In this document: positions 8,201 through 16,228 of the stretch, one piece after another
Numbering within the stretch: the stretch's first letter is position 1
How the letters are laid out: every line of letters begins with the position of its first letter
Source of the DNA: a virus
Lineage: Duplodnaviria; Caudoviricetes
Strand: one strand, 5' to 3'
DNA: 29,239 nucleotides
Virus record (IMG/VR): IMGVR_UViG_3300031607_000014
Span: 1-29,239 of that record
Notes under the pieces: generated by a model
Database searches by the model: none
Seen by the model: the letters and a program-made list of their open reading frames with translations, nothing else
What the model was told of the DNA's origin: nothing
Translations under genes and position numbers: made by a program

Positions 8201-11200
8201 TCTGGAAGATTCGGCTCTTTTTCATAGTCGTCAGTTCCAATGTAAATGCGATCCATGAACAGGTCTGGATACTCCTGCTTTAGCCGCTTCTCCGTCCCGT
8301 TGATACCGCTTCCGTGGAAGTTAGGATCAAGGTAATCAAGGCCAGCGACTCGGCTGAAATGAACCATTGGAACAACTTGAAATGTCGGTTGCCCCTGCTG
8401 CACGGAATCGCGCATTGCGTCGGTGATGGTGACGCGATGGATGGGGGCGGTTACTGCGCCTTGATTGGCCGCTCGATAACCTTCTGACCATTTCATGCCA
8501 CGCTGTCTCATTACAACCATTGCGTCAGACTCAGAATTATAAACATCGTCAACGACTTGATTGCCTTTACTGTCAACAACAGACCAGCCGCCTACTTGTT
8601 CTTCAATAACACCAGCCTCGACCTTCGGCTTGTTCTTTGAATCAAGCTTCTTGAGGTATCCATTTACATCGTTGACCATCATACGGTCGTAGAACCCCTT
8701 CATGCCTTCGCCGCCGACTTTGAGTCCGTTTCCTTCTATCTTTTTGGTTTCCCCTTCAACTGCTGTATCGACGATCTTCTGCGCAAGCTCCTTGCCTATA
8801 GTGTCCGACAGTTCGGATACTGTAGCCTTATGGTTGTAATAGATCGATTGGCGACTCTGACCATTCACCCCAACAGTGTAATTTTCTCCGTTCTTCTTAT
8901 ATTCGATAGACTCAACCTGCTTACTCAAGTCATACCGACCCGCTTGCGTCTCGCCCGTAGTCCAGCCGATCCATGACTTGCCAGATGCTACGGCATCGCG
9001 CAGGGCGCGTTTAAACATTTGAATATGCCAGTCTTTGCGAAATGGCGCATCAGCGATGAGGTCTTGCACGGAAGTTTTTGGTTTCCATGCCTCCATTCGG
9101 CGAATGAATTCTTCGCGGCTTATTTCCCCCGCGTCGTGCGCCCTGTAAATCTCATCGCGTGTTGCTAAGGCTTCTTCAGCGGAAATTTCCGGTGTGTCGC
9201 CACGATAACCGCTCTTCCTTGCCGTCTGATGGCGATCCGATTGCAGCTCCTCGATGAACAGACCGCCATCGCGCTCATTTAATCGCATATGTGCGACGTA
9301 GTTCGGAATGTCAGCGAAGTGCGAGGATGTGTATTCGCTTGAACGCTTCTGCCTTGATTCCGCAAGCCGCTCATTGTGAGCGATTACATCATCCAAAGTA
9401 GCAAACTCAGTATATTCGTCCAATGTGGATCTTGCTGTCCCTGCTTCTGGATTGAAATCAACCCGTTGGACTCCGATACCATCCTTGACTCCAGCAACCT
9501 TGACCCCACTGGACAGGAGGGTTTTAGCTTTCTCAGCATCGAACGTCACAAGACCCTTAGTAACCACTGGCATGGTCAGCACGACCTCGCGGTAGTTCTC
9601 GCCGTTCGGCAGCACGTATCTGCTGTATCGGGTATCCGTCGCGTTGCCAGTTCCGTAGAACACATTCATCGCAACCGTCTCTGCCCAGTCTTCACGTTGC
9701 ACGATTTGAGGGTCGAGTGCCTTTAGTTGGTCAAATGCCTCGCGGTCGTTCTCGATTCGTAGCGCTAGCGCATCGTCGGCTTCGCCTTGCCACTCTTTGC
9801 CTAGCTCAATAACACGAGGGACAGCGAATGGGCTATCGTAGTCGATCTTCAAGTTGCCGTTGCCACGAGTCACCTCCTCGAACTTCACACGTCCTACATC
9901 ACGCAGATACGCCATCAAGTCATCCTTAGCGACTTTGCCTTTCGAGTCCTTGTTGTCGTCGAGCCACTGCTCAATCCCGCTCCACTTCACCTCGTCGGCT
10001 TTGATGCCGTGCTTCGGGTCTAGTAGTCCCTTGATTTGCTGTGCGGTTGCGGCCTTGCCTTGAATCTTTGCGTCCAGCGTGCGTTCAAGCTGGCTGTAGA
10101 ATGCGGAATCTTCGGCGTTGCGTGTGACTTGGAATGTTGCGTCAGACATTGGCGCTGCCCTTCCCTCTTCCCATGTCCACGAAGGCATCAGCCCTGTCTT
10201 CTGATCTGCAAAGATAGTGTCTTCGACCTTAGCGGTCTGATTGTGATCTCCGTGCTTGCCAAAGTTTAGCCACGAGTTCTGTCCACGAGTTTCGCTTGTC
10301 ATCGCTCCTACGGCTGAACCTTGGAATAAGCGGATGTGTGCCTGCCATGCGTTCTCCTCGCCTCGTGCGCGGAACCCAGAGCCCTCTAAGCCATGACCGA
10401 AAGCATCATGCACTGCGCGGAATAGATCGTTTGCCAAGACCCTACGCTTCTTGCCCTCACTCGATCCGTAAGCCCATTCAATGCCCGTATCTAGCATTAG
10501 CGGATTGTCGGATACGTCCAACTCTGAATCACCAGAACCGAAGCCTGCTTCAGTAGGATAGACTCCCATCGACTTGTTCGCTCGCAAGTCACGCATCGCG
10601 TTGTATGGCGAGTCTCCGTAACCTTTGTCGTTGGATGGATCAATGAACCAGAAGTCAAAGCCAGCGGCTTCTAGTGCTCGGTATTGATCCATTGTCTGCT
10701 GGATCAAATCGTCATACGCTTCACGGACTATTGGATCGCTTGGCGCGTGCTCCATTTCCTCGTATGCCTGCGCAATCCGTGCTGCTCTATCAACGTCAAC
10801 TTTGACGTATTCAGCCTGCCGCTTTACGTCAATTCCTATACTTCTTGCGTAGTCTTCTGCGACTTTGACGAGGGCTTCGTTTGGCCCTGTTGCGCCTTCG
10901 ATTTTTGGAGTGCCTTGAAGCGCCGTAAGCTGCCCACTCGTAGGCCGTCCGCTTCCGTCTCCTCTCGATTGTGATCTATTTGATTGGTCTGTTTCATAAA
11001 TATCGTATCCAGCAGCTCGAAGCGCTGCTTCATCTTTCATAGTGAAGTCACTCGGCATTCCAAGCAATTTCCGCATAGCACCTTCCATGTCTTGCGGAAG
11101 GTTTCCGTTTCGACGCATCTTCACCATTAGCTCTGCTTTGTCCCAGATGACCTTGGCGAAGCGACGAACTAGAGCCATGAAGCCTTTTAGCTCGTCTGGG

Positions 11201-13890
11201 AATAGAGCACGCTCTGCGGCCTTGTCATTCATCGCGTAGGTCGATGTGACGTAATCAATCGTGCGACTAGAAAACCATTCGATTAGTCCGCTGTCAGACT
11301 TGTTGTAGCCTTCGCCGCCATCGTTACCTGTCTCGGCTTCCCATTGCTCGCGCCAGCTCATCACCATGCTGCGGACTGCTGGGGATAGCGTGCCAGCTTC
11401 AGCGCCGTCTGCGATAGACAGAAGCTTCAGATACGACTCGGAAACTTCCTCGATAGGAGCCAGCGGTGAAGCTTTATTTGAAATGCGATTCACCGCTTTG
11501 CCGATCTTTGTGAAGACAGCCTGCGGACTCTTACCAAGCACTGCAATTCGCGCTACGTGATCCGCTGCACTTACCTCGCCACGACTACTCGAAGTCAACC
11601 CAGAGAGCCATGCGATCAGCTCAACGCCTTCTAGGGATGCTGTAGAGGTTCCCGCTACGCTCATGTTGTCGAGAACTTGATCGTCAGTCATGCCTTGCGT
11701 GATCTTTGGAGCTGAAGATCGCGCAGTAGAGACGGCTTGATCTCGTGTCATTTCACCAATGTCAACCATCGCTCGAAGGCTTTGATTCTTTACGACATCA
11801 GCAGATTGTCCACCGTGCAGGCCGATTAAATAATCAAGTGTGGACTTGGTAGCACCCGCTAGTTCATCAAGCTTAGTTTGTTGCCACTCCCATGCGGCAT
11901 TATTCGCGGCATCTTTCGTGTCAAATTCACCGATAGGCTCACTCGTGATAGGGTCAATTAAAAGGTGTTTGCCACCCTTCTCGGATTGAGCAGGCGCTTC
12001 GACTCGACCTGCTGGGATTCTTCCACCATCAGAGGAAGCTGGAAGGTCAACCATGACTGGAACAACGTATGTTCCTTTTGGCGCTTTAGCTTCGACTGCT
12101 TCATTGTGTTCGCGAACTGCTGCAAGCATAGGAGTTGCTTGCTGAAGGGCTTCAACCTGCTCTGCTGTCGTCGCATTCTCAAGGTCGATAGCAGTGCTAC
12201 CAGAGAACTCGTCAAACACGTAGGTCGAACCTTTGTGCGTGAATACAACTTGATCCGTATCGTGTCGGTTGCCTGCTACGATCTCTGTGTCGGGAATAGC
12301 TTCGAGCATACTGTCCTTGTAGGTGTCGTATGCTGCCTTGTCGCCGTTTGCCGCCTTTAGAATAGTGTCGCCTATGCCAGCGCTTTCACCCATTTGTCGA
12401 AGCTCTTTATCGCTACGAACTCTGCGCAACGATCCGCTCATTTCCTTAAAGCCGAAAGGAGTTCCGTCTTTAGCCATGAAATCGTGTTGAAGCTCAGCTT
12501 TGACATCTTGGTTGCCCTTGAATGTCACGGCTCCACCCATAACAAATCCCGCGATACCTCCGTAGAAGGCATCTACCCCACGAGCTTTAACAAACTCTTC
12601 AAGGGTCATGTCAAAGTCATCGTCAATAAACATATTCCGAAACTCCTCAGCCGCTCCCTGTAGAGGTTCTTCAACGGCTTCTTCTAAGCCAGACATTCCA
12701 GCGGCCTTTAATACTGCCTTTAAATTCTCAACTTTCCCCATGTAAGCAACAGTCTCGCGAACACTCTTGTTTTTAAACATAGAGAAAACTTTATCTGCCG
12801 CTCGATTCACACCTAGCTTACGTTCAATCGCAATTTGAACTGCCGTAAGAAATGCTCGGGAACCGTAGTTCTTTTTCGGATCGAAGACTTCGCCCTTTGC
12901 CTCTACCATTTCTTTTTCAGCTTGCCTTACATACTCATACATTGTTGCCGCTCCGAGCGGAGACGTAGCTGGATTCATCAATGAAATAATCATTGGCAAT
13001 GACTCGGAAATCACAGTAGTTGCTTTGCCTACGATAGACCTTCTGACGTTTTCACCGATGTATTCTAAGTCGCCATATTCTTTATCTATTTCGACTATCC
13101 AATCGCCAATCTTGCTGGCCTCTTCCCCATACTCTTTAACCCAATTCCCCGTTCGTGCAGTGAAATCAAGCGACCCTCCTACAATGCCTTCCTTACTTCG
13201 CGCTACGATCTCCTCAACCTTAGCAGTAAGCTTGCCTCGAAACTCTTCCTCGACGGCGTTCTGGGACGCTGACACATCTTCAAAAGTAGATACAGACATG
13301 TCTCCACCGAGCAAAGATTTTACGATGCCAGTTGTTGCCTCTTCGCTTGTAGCATTCCGTAATTTCTCACGGTAATCCATGAGTTCGATCCGATCTTCGT
13401 CGGTCATTTCTAGGCTGTAGGCAAGTGACTCTGCGCCCCTTTCAATGAAGTCTCCAACAACTTGGCTAGTGTCACCAATGGCGTGTTCTGTTGCAGCGGC
13501 AAGTTTACGGGTTCCCCTGCCTAAACCTTCGACACCTAGCGAAGGGACATCCCATGCGTATCGCGCTTTGTCTAAGACGGGAGTTTTGCTTTTAATAGGC
13601 CGCTTCCCTTGCATCTCAGCATACGTCTTCCCGATCTCTGCATAAACTTTGCTCGGATCAGAACTATCGAAGCTTTGCCCTGCGAAGTCGTCAAAGTTGT
13701 CCATCACGTCTTGGTAACGATTAACATCTCCGAACGCACGCTTAGCAAGCCACATAGAGGCGTGCCGCTTGTCCATCTCGGAATCGCGTGTCTCTGGGTC
13801 TTGAAGATCATAAAACTCCCTGCCTTTCGGAGAGAGTATATTGAATCGGTTATCACCAGAGGTGAAGTAGTCTTGAAGTTGGTCAGCCAT
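5269..13890 (-). CDS. Giant internal virion (ejection, gp16-position) polyvalent protein
   Basis: 2873 aa, located after gp14/gp15-like genes and before the tail fibre. Hydrophobic N-terminal helices and several enzyme-like modules (HDAFGH...GEENAW; FIEELQSD; VHFS...LDP...GSG; GQESLFDL). Confidence 0.8.
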   Translation of the reverse strand: MADQLQDYFTSGDNRFNILSPKGREFYDLQDPETRDSEMDKRHASMWLAKRAFGDVNRYQDVMDNFDDFAGQSFDSSDPSKVYAEIGKTYAEMQGKRPIKSKTPVLDKARYAWDVPSLGVEGLGRGTRKLAAATEHAIGDTSQVVGDFIERGAESLAYSLEMTDEDRIELMDYREKLRNATSEEATTGIVKSLLGGDMSVSTFEDVSASQNAVEEEFRGKLTAKVEEIVARSKEGIVGGSLDFTARTGNWVKEYGEEASKIGDWIVEIDKEYGDLEYIGENVRRSIVGKATTVISESLPMIISLMNPATSPLGAATMYEYVRQAEKEMVEAKGEVFDPKKNYGSRAFLTAVQIAIERKLGVNRAADKVFSMFKNKSVRETVAYMGKVENLKAVLKAAGMSGLEEAVEEPLQGAAEEFRNMFIDDDFDMTLEEFVKARGVDAFYGGIAGFVMGGAVTFKGNQDVKAELQHDFMAKDGTPFGFKEMSGSLRRVRSDKELRQMGESAGIGDTILKAANGDKAAYDTYKDSMLEAIPDTEIVAGNRHDTDQVVFTHKGSTYVFDEFSGSTAIDLENATTAEQVEALQQATPMLAAVREHNEAVEAKAPKGTYVVPVMVDLPASSDGGRIPAGRVEAPAQSEKGGKHLLIDPITSEPIGEFDTKDAANNAAWEWQQTKLDELAGATKSTLDYLIGLHGGQSADVVKNQSLRAMVDIGEMTRDQAVSTARSSAPKITQGMTDDQVLDNMSVAGTSTASLEGVELIAWLSGLTSSSRGEVSAADHVARIAVLGKSPQAVFTKIGKAVNRISNKASPLAPIEEVSESYLKLLSIADGAEAGTLSPAVRSMVMSWREQWEAETGNDGGEGYNKSDSGLIEWFSSRTIDYVTSTYAMNDKAAERALFPDELKGFMALVRRFAKVIWDKAELMVKMRRNGNLPQDMEGAMRKLLGMPSDFTMKDEAALRAAGYDIYETDQSNRSQSRGDGSGRPTSGQLTALQGTPKIEGATGPNEALVKVAEDYARSIGIDVKRQAEYVKVDVDRAARIAQAYEEMEHAPSDPIVREAYDDLIQQTMDQYRALEAAGFDFWFIDPSNDKGYGDSPYNAMRDLRANKSMGVYPTEAGFGSGDSELDVSDNPLMLDTGIEWAYGSSEGKKRRVLANDLFRAVHDAFGHGLEGSGFRARGEENAWQAHIRLFQGSAVGAMTSETRGQNSWLNFGKHGDHNQTAKVEDTIFADQKTGLMPSWTWEEGRAAPMSDATFQVTRNAEDSAFYSQLERTLDAKIQGKAATAQQIKGLLDPKHGIKADEVKWSGIEQWLDDNKDSKGKVAKDDLMAYLRDVGRVKFEEVTRGNGNLKIDYDSPFAVPRVIELGKEWQGEADDALALRIENDREAFDQLKALDPQIVQREDWAETVAMNVFYGTGNATDTRYSRYVLPNGENYREVVLTMPVVTKGLVTFDAEKAKTLLSSGVKVAGVKDGIGVQRVDFNPEAGTARSTLDEYTEFATLDDVIAHNERLAESRQKRSSEYTSSHFADIPNYVAHMRLNERDGGLFIEELQSDRHQTARKSGYRGDTPEISAEEALATRDEIYRAHDAGEISREEFIRRMEAWKPKTSVQDLIADAPFRKDWHIQMFKRALRDAVASGKSWIGWTTGETQAGRYDLSKQVESIEYKKNGENYTVGVNGQSRQSIYYNHKATVSELSDTIGKELAQKIVDTAVEGETKKIEGNGLKVGGEGMKGFYDRMMVNDVNGYLKKLDSKNKPKVEAGVIEEQVGGWSVVDSKGNQVVDDVYNSESDAMVVMRQRGMKWSEGYRAANQGAVTAPIHRVTITDAMRDSVQQGQPTFQVVPMVHFSRVAGLDYLDPNFHGSGINGTEKRLKQEYPDLFMDRIYIGTDDYEKEPNLPDNFYAMKIEEGLLYDFENDPEEFRSKAALDVRQRKTKYAPFDSRAAGLIAERKIIDAGYLGYVVKGREAAAIFHRIPTGESLTSEWWSDIKAYREGKAASFTSRVQEQLDRLKVVPRKDEDGATLNVDGTNYEGGGLVITVNSVNTNSWTITPAMVQSFLESNREVIFSNASKIGLYKFPDSADILIDLNVVVPAANRAVALEFGKLAGQESLFDLDTPENVKTGESGESPMSFTFEQYREIAESLEAGVLPRAVGGAGVVMSQSLPQEPTLQITVSDEVFNAHHGGSAEVVRMEAAERESNEQREKLDMPYFAEEQARQRKNLEQLKGDFSERGLLGWLYARNGLSMGSRLRNVHVRIFSRMREYRLNVSQRKMRYSDRVQPARDLYRQLDKADRKALGLHLANGDQEQAMLIMDKVDGLTEAIRQTRIVLDEIRRYAIASGYEIPKRDNYWPRWLQDRDGLLAEFGMEVKGIFDTAIESAKLEASARGHTLTDADKEKIIGQILAGTYKGSGIPPNFKARSIETLEQSQFDEFYSTPFEAVDRYINRVVDDVEKKKFFGQSAIVEDVNGTKKVNVEKSAASVVADLVSKGELVGAEQAEVQTILEAMHTNGAMQKGLQVLRSLGYITTMMKFEVAMIQIEDISTAVFTGRGFGNLRYFASLFDKDEMSMVRDFGQESFSQDYDDAKKGMGRFMDWGMKKAGVAFFGRGGANTQVNSGIRAYRDSAQRGRLTDTQERRLTEYFGGDAARIAQLKQDLIDNVKSEDVVLLGWNILLDFQPLDYSEMPEGYAKHPNLRIFYMLKTFMLKRFDIMRREGIREMKLGVEKRDYKLFRDGMRKLMWLYMLWFVGGATVDFIRDTLSGKEPKVDDTLAASAIKILGVNRFLYYDFQRHKNPVLSLAMLTSFPVPWFQQTYRDSSSIVTGDSDWSIGNAEVWRSVPFVGSMYYWHAGGGEQRQREEERKETRRRMREMGVQMP

Positions 13891-13892
13891 AA

Positions 13893-15350
13893 TTACTTAA
13901 ACATGATAGTGTCGAGGGCTTCTTGCGTAGCCTTTGACATGTGGCGATTCCATAAAGCAGGAACCTCCGTCTTGATGAATTTCTCGGCGTCTTTTTCGTC
14001 TAGCCCTTCGAGCGATTGCTCAAGCTCATCCATCGCTTCGACGAAACCTAAAAACGGCTCACTGCTTCGGCCTTCGCCTAGACCCTCAATAATCAGATCA
14101 GCCTCACGAGTGTATCGGGATACTAGCGACTCTTGAATCTTCTGCTTGAAAGCTGGAATGTCTGGATCGACAAAGAACCCCTTCATTCCGTTTCCGCGAA
14201 TCTCGTCTCTGCCAGCTCGCAGTTCTTCAACTGACAACATGCGGCGAACTAGAGCCATCTGCGCCGACTCAGAAAGCCCAGCCGACTCAATGCTTTTCCA
14301 TAGCTTTTTGCGATCCGACTCTTTCATCCCTAAATGATTTTCATCTTCGAGATACAGTGATTGCTCCTCGACTATTTGACGCTGCAACTGCATGAACTCT
14401 CCGCTAGACATTCCAAGCTTTCCCACGTCTCCGATCCTAATGTCTTCTAGCGACTCGCGAACATCAATTGGAAGGTTCGGGTCTAGCTGCATAATGTCTT
14501 CTTTGTAGTAAGTCTTGATAGCCTTGCGCTGGCCTCTGACGCTTGAAACTTCAAGACGTGAAATCTTTGAATCAATCTCCTCAATCGACTGGCGACGTGC
14601 TCCAATACTTAAACCTCCAGCAGCAACGTCCTGCCCATTGTGATTGATCGTGTATTCGTAAGCCGAATGGCGACCATCATCACCTTTAGCCTCAAGCTCT
14701 TCCTTGAGCATTTCGAGCTGCTCAATGTCCGTAGAATTGTAAGCTGACTGAATCCGGCTTCCCACCTCAAATGATACTCCCTCAGAGAAGATAGTTTCCA
14801 TCTTGTCGTGAAGCTCGGCATCGCTTACAGACATCTTCTTGAGCGCGTCAAATGCTGCCTGCGGATTGCCTGCACGTCGCATTGCTTCGGCCTGATTGAA
14901 GAACACAGCATTCGCGTTCTGGACTTCCATTTGCGTAACCTTGCCGTTGACCCCAATCTTGGTTCGCTCAGCTTGGTGTGCGTATTTTTGATTCAGCAAT
15001 TGGTATGCTTCGCCGTCAACCTTCTTTCGATCTACGCCATCCCAGACTCGGCCTAATCGTTCGTCGGCAAACGTGCGAATACTGTCTGGGTCTTGCTGGT
15101 TTTTTAAGGCGTATTCGTCGATCTCACCATTCGCTCGCATCATCTCTAAGTCGAGCTGTGACTCTGCGGCATCGTTGAGTAGCTTCTGGCGCTTCTCAGC
15201 AAACATATGAAACGTCTTTCCAGTCTCAGCAATAGCCCCGCCTGCCCCGACCAGTGCGCGGTAAGGCGCGGTTCCCGTCGATGGATCAACCTGCTGGTAT
15301 CCAGTGGCGCTCTTAACGTCAGAAGTTTTAGGTAATGGGATATTTGCCAT
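13893..15350 (-). CDS. Internal virion protein (gp15-position)
   Basis: Helical 485-aa protein between the gp14-like gene and the giant ejection gene. Synteny-based call. Confidence 0.6.
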   Translation of the reverse strand: MANIPLPKTSDVKSATGYQQVDPSTGTAPYRALVGAGGAIAETGKTFHMFAEKRQKLLNDAAESQLDLEMMRANGEIDEYALKNQQDPDSIRTFADERLGRVWDGVDRKKVDGEAYQLLNQKYAHQAERTKIGVNGKVTQMEVQNANAVFFNQAEAMRRAGNPQAAFDALKKMSVSDAELHDKMETIFSEGVSFEVGSRIQSAYNSTDIEQLEMLKEELEAKGDDGRHSAYEYTINHNGQDVAAGGLSIGARRQSIEEIDSKISRLEVSSVRGQRKAIKTYYKEDIMQLDPNLPIDVRESLEDIRIGDVGKLGMSSGEFMQLQRQIVEEQSLYLEDENHLGMKESDRKKLWKSIESAGLSESAQMALVRRMLSVEELRAGRDEIRGNGMKGFFVDPDIPAFKQKIQESLVSRYTREADLIIEGLGEGRSSEPFLGFVEAMDELEQSLEGLDEKDAEKFIKTEVPALWNRHMSKATQEALDTIMFK

Positions 15351-15351
15351 G

Positions 15352-15810
15352 CTAGAGTTTCATTCTTGCTAATTGATTGGCTCCACCGAGAAGCGTAGTT
15401 CCCACTGCAAGCGGTGCAGCGCGACGAATTGATTTCGATTGGTAACGATTCACTGCGCCCTGCTGCATGAGCGCCTGCGCTCTGGACTCCCCAGCATAGG
15501 CGGTATCCAGTGCGGCCAGTTCAAGGTCGGCTGCTGTCTGACTCATTACGGATAGCGGTGTGCCAGTCGATGTGATCCCAGATTTAGCGTATACTGCCCT
15601 CTGGCGCTTCTTGAAGCGGTCGTTCTCCTTGCGCTGGCGGCTTACCCTCTCAGAAGTTTCTAGGCGCGTCTGCTCGGCCTGAGACTCTGCAACTTGAGCG
15701 TTATATTTGGACATATCGCTCTGCTGCTGCATAGATTGATACGTCCCGTAAGCCGAAACTGCTGTTCCGACTACGGTAAGGATTGGAGCTAAAACTGCTG
15801 CGAATGCCAT
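15352..15810 (-). CDS. Internal virion protein (gp14-like)
   Basis: Hydrophobic Gly/Ala N-terminus, YNAQVAE, QRAVYAKSGI...GTPLSV motifs typical of this ejection protein class. Confidence 0.75.
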   Translation of the reverse strand: MAFAAVLAPILTVVGTAVSAYGTYQSMQQQSDMSKYNAQVAESQAEQTRLETSERVSRQRKENDRFKKRQRAVYAKSGITSTGTPLSVMSQTAADLELAALDTAYAGESRAQALMQQGAVNRYQSKSIRRAAPLAVGTTLLGGANQLARMKL

Positions 15811-15814
15811 ACGA

Positions 15815-16228
15815 TTAACCTTTTAAAAGAATTTCCACGCCTTTAGACGCAATTTCAAAACCATGCAGCTTCATTAGTTTAGAGATAGATGGAATTGCGG
15901 ACATCGAAACCATTACGCCGTAACCAAGGTTTTCGCCGTGGTCAGTAAGGTATCGAATACAATGGTTCAGTCCGTCGAACTTTTCCATAGAGCGAGCAGC
16001 GGGATTTACAATCATCCACGACATAAATGAAACTGGAACGCTATTGTCGAGATACAGCCAAGCTGCTGCACAGAGAACGCCATCCTCGTTAACTGCAATG
16101 CAACCTGTCTTTGGTAGCGCTGCATGTGGAATCGACATTGCTTCGTGAGCTATCCACCACGCTTCAATGGTTGCATGGTTGCATTCTTCGTATGGTTTAA
16201 GTTGCATCATATTATTCGCCCGTAACAT
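15815..16228 (-). CDS. GNAT-fold protein (gp13-position)
   Basis: WWIAH...LPKTG...AAAWLY...WMIVNP...KLHGF. Position directly after the nozzle gene. Confidence 0.6.
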   Translation of the reverse strand: MLRANNMMQLKPYEECNHATIEAWWIAHEAMSIPHAALPKTGCIAVNEDGVLCAAAWLYLDNSVPVSFMSWMIVNPAARSMEKFDGLNHCIRYLTDHGENLGYGVMVSMSAIPSISKLMKLHGFEIASKGVEILLKG

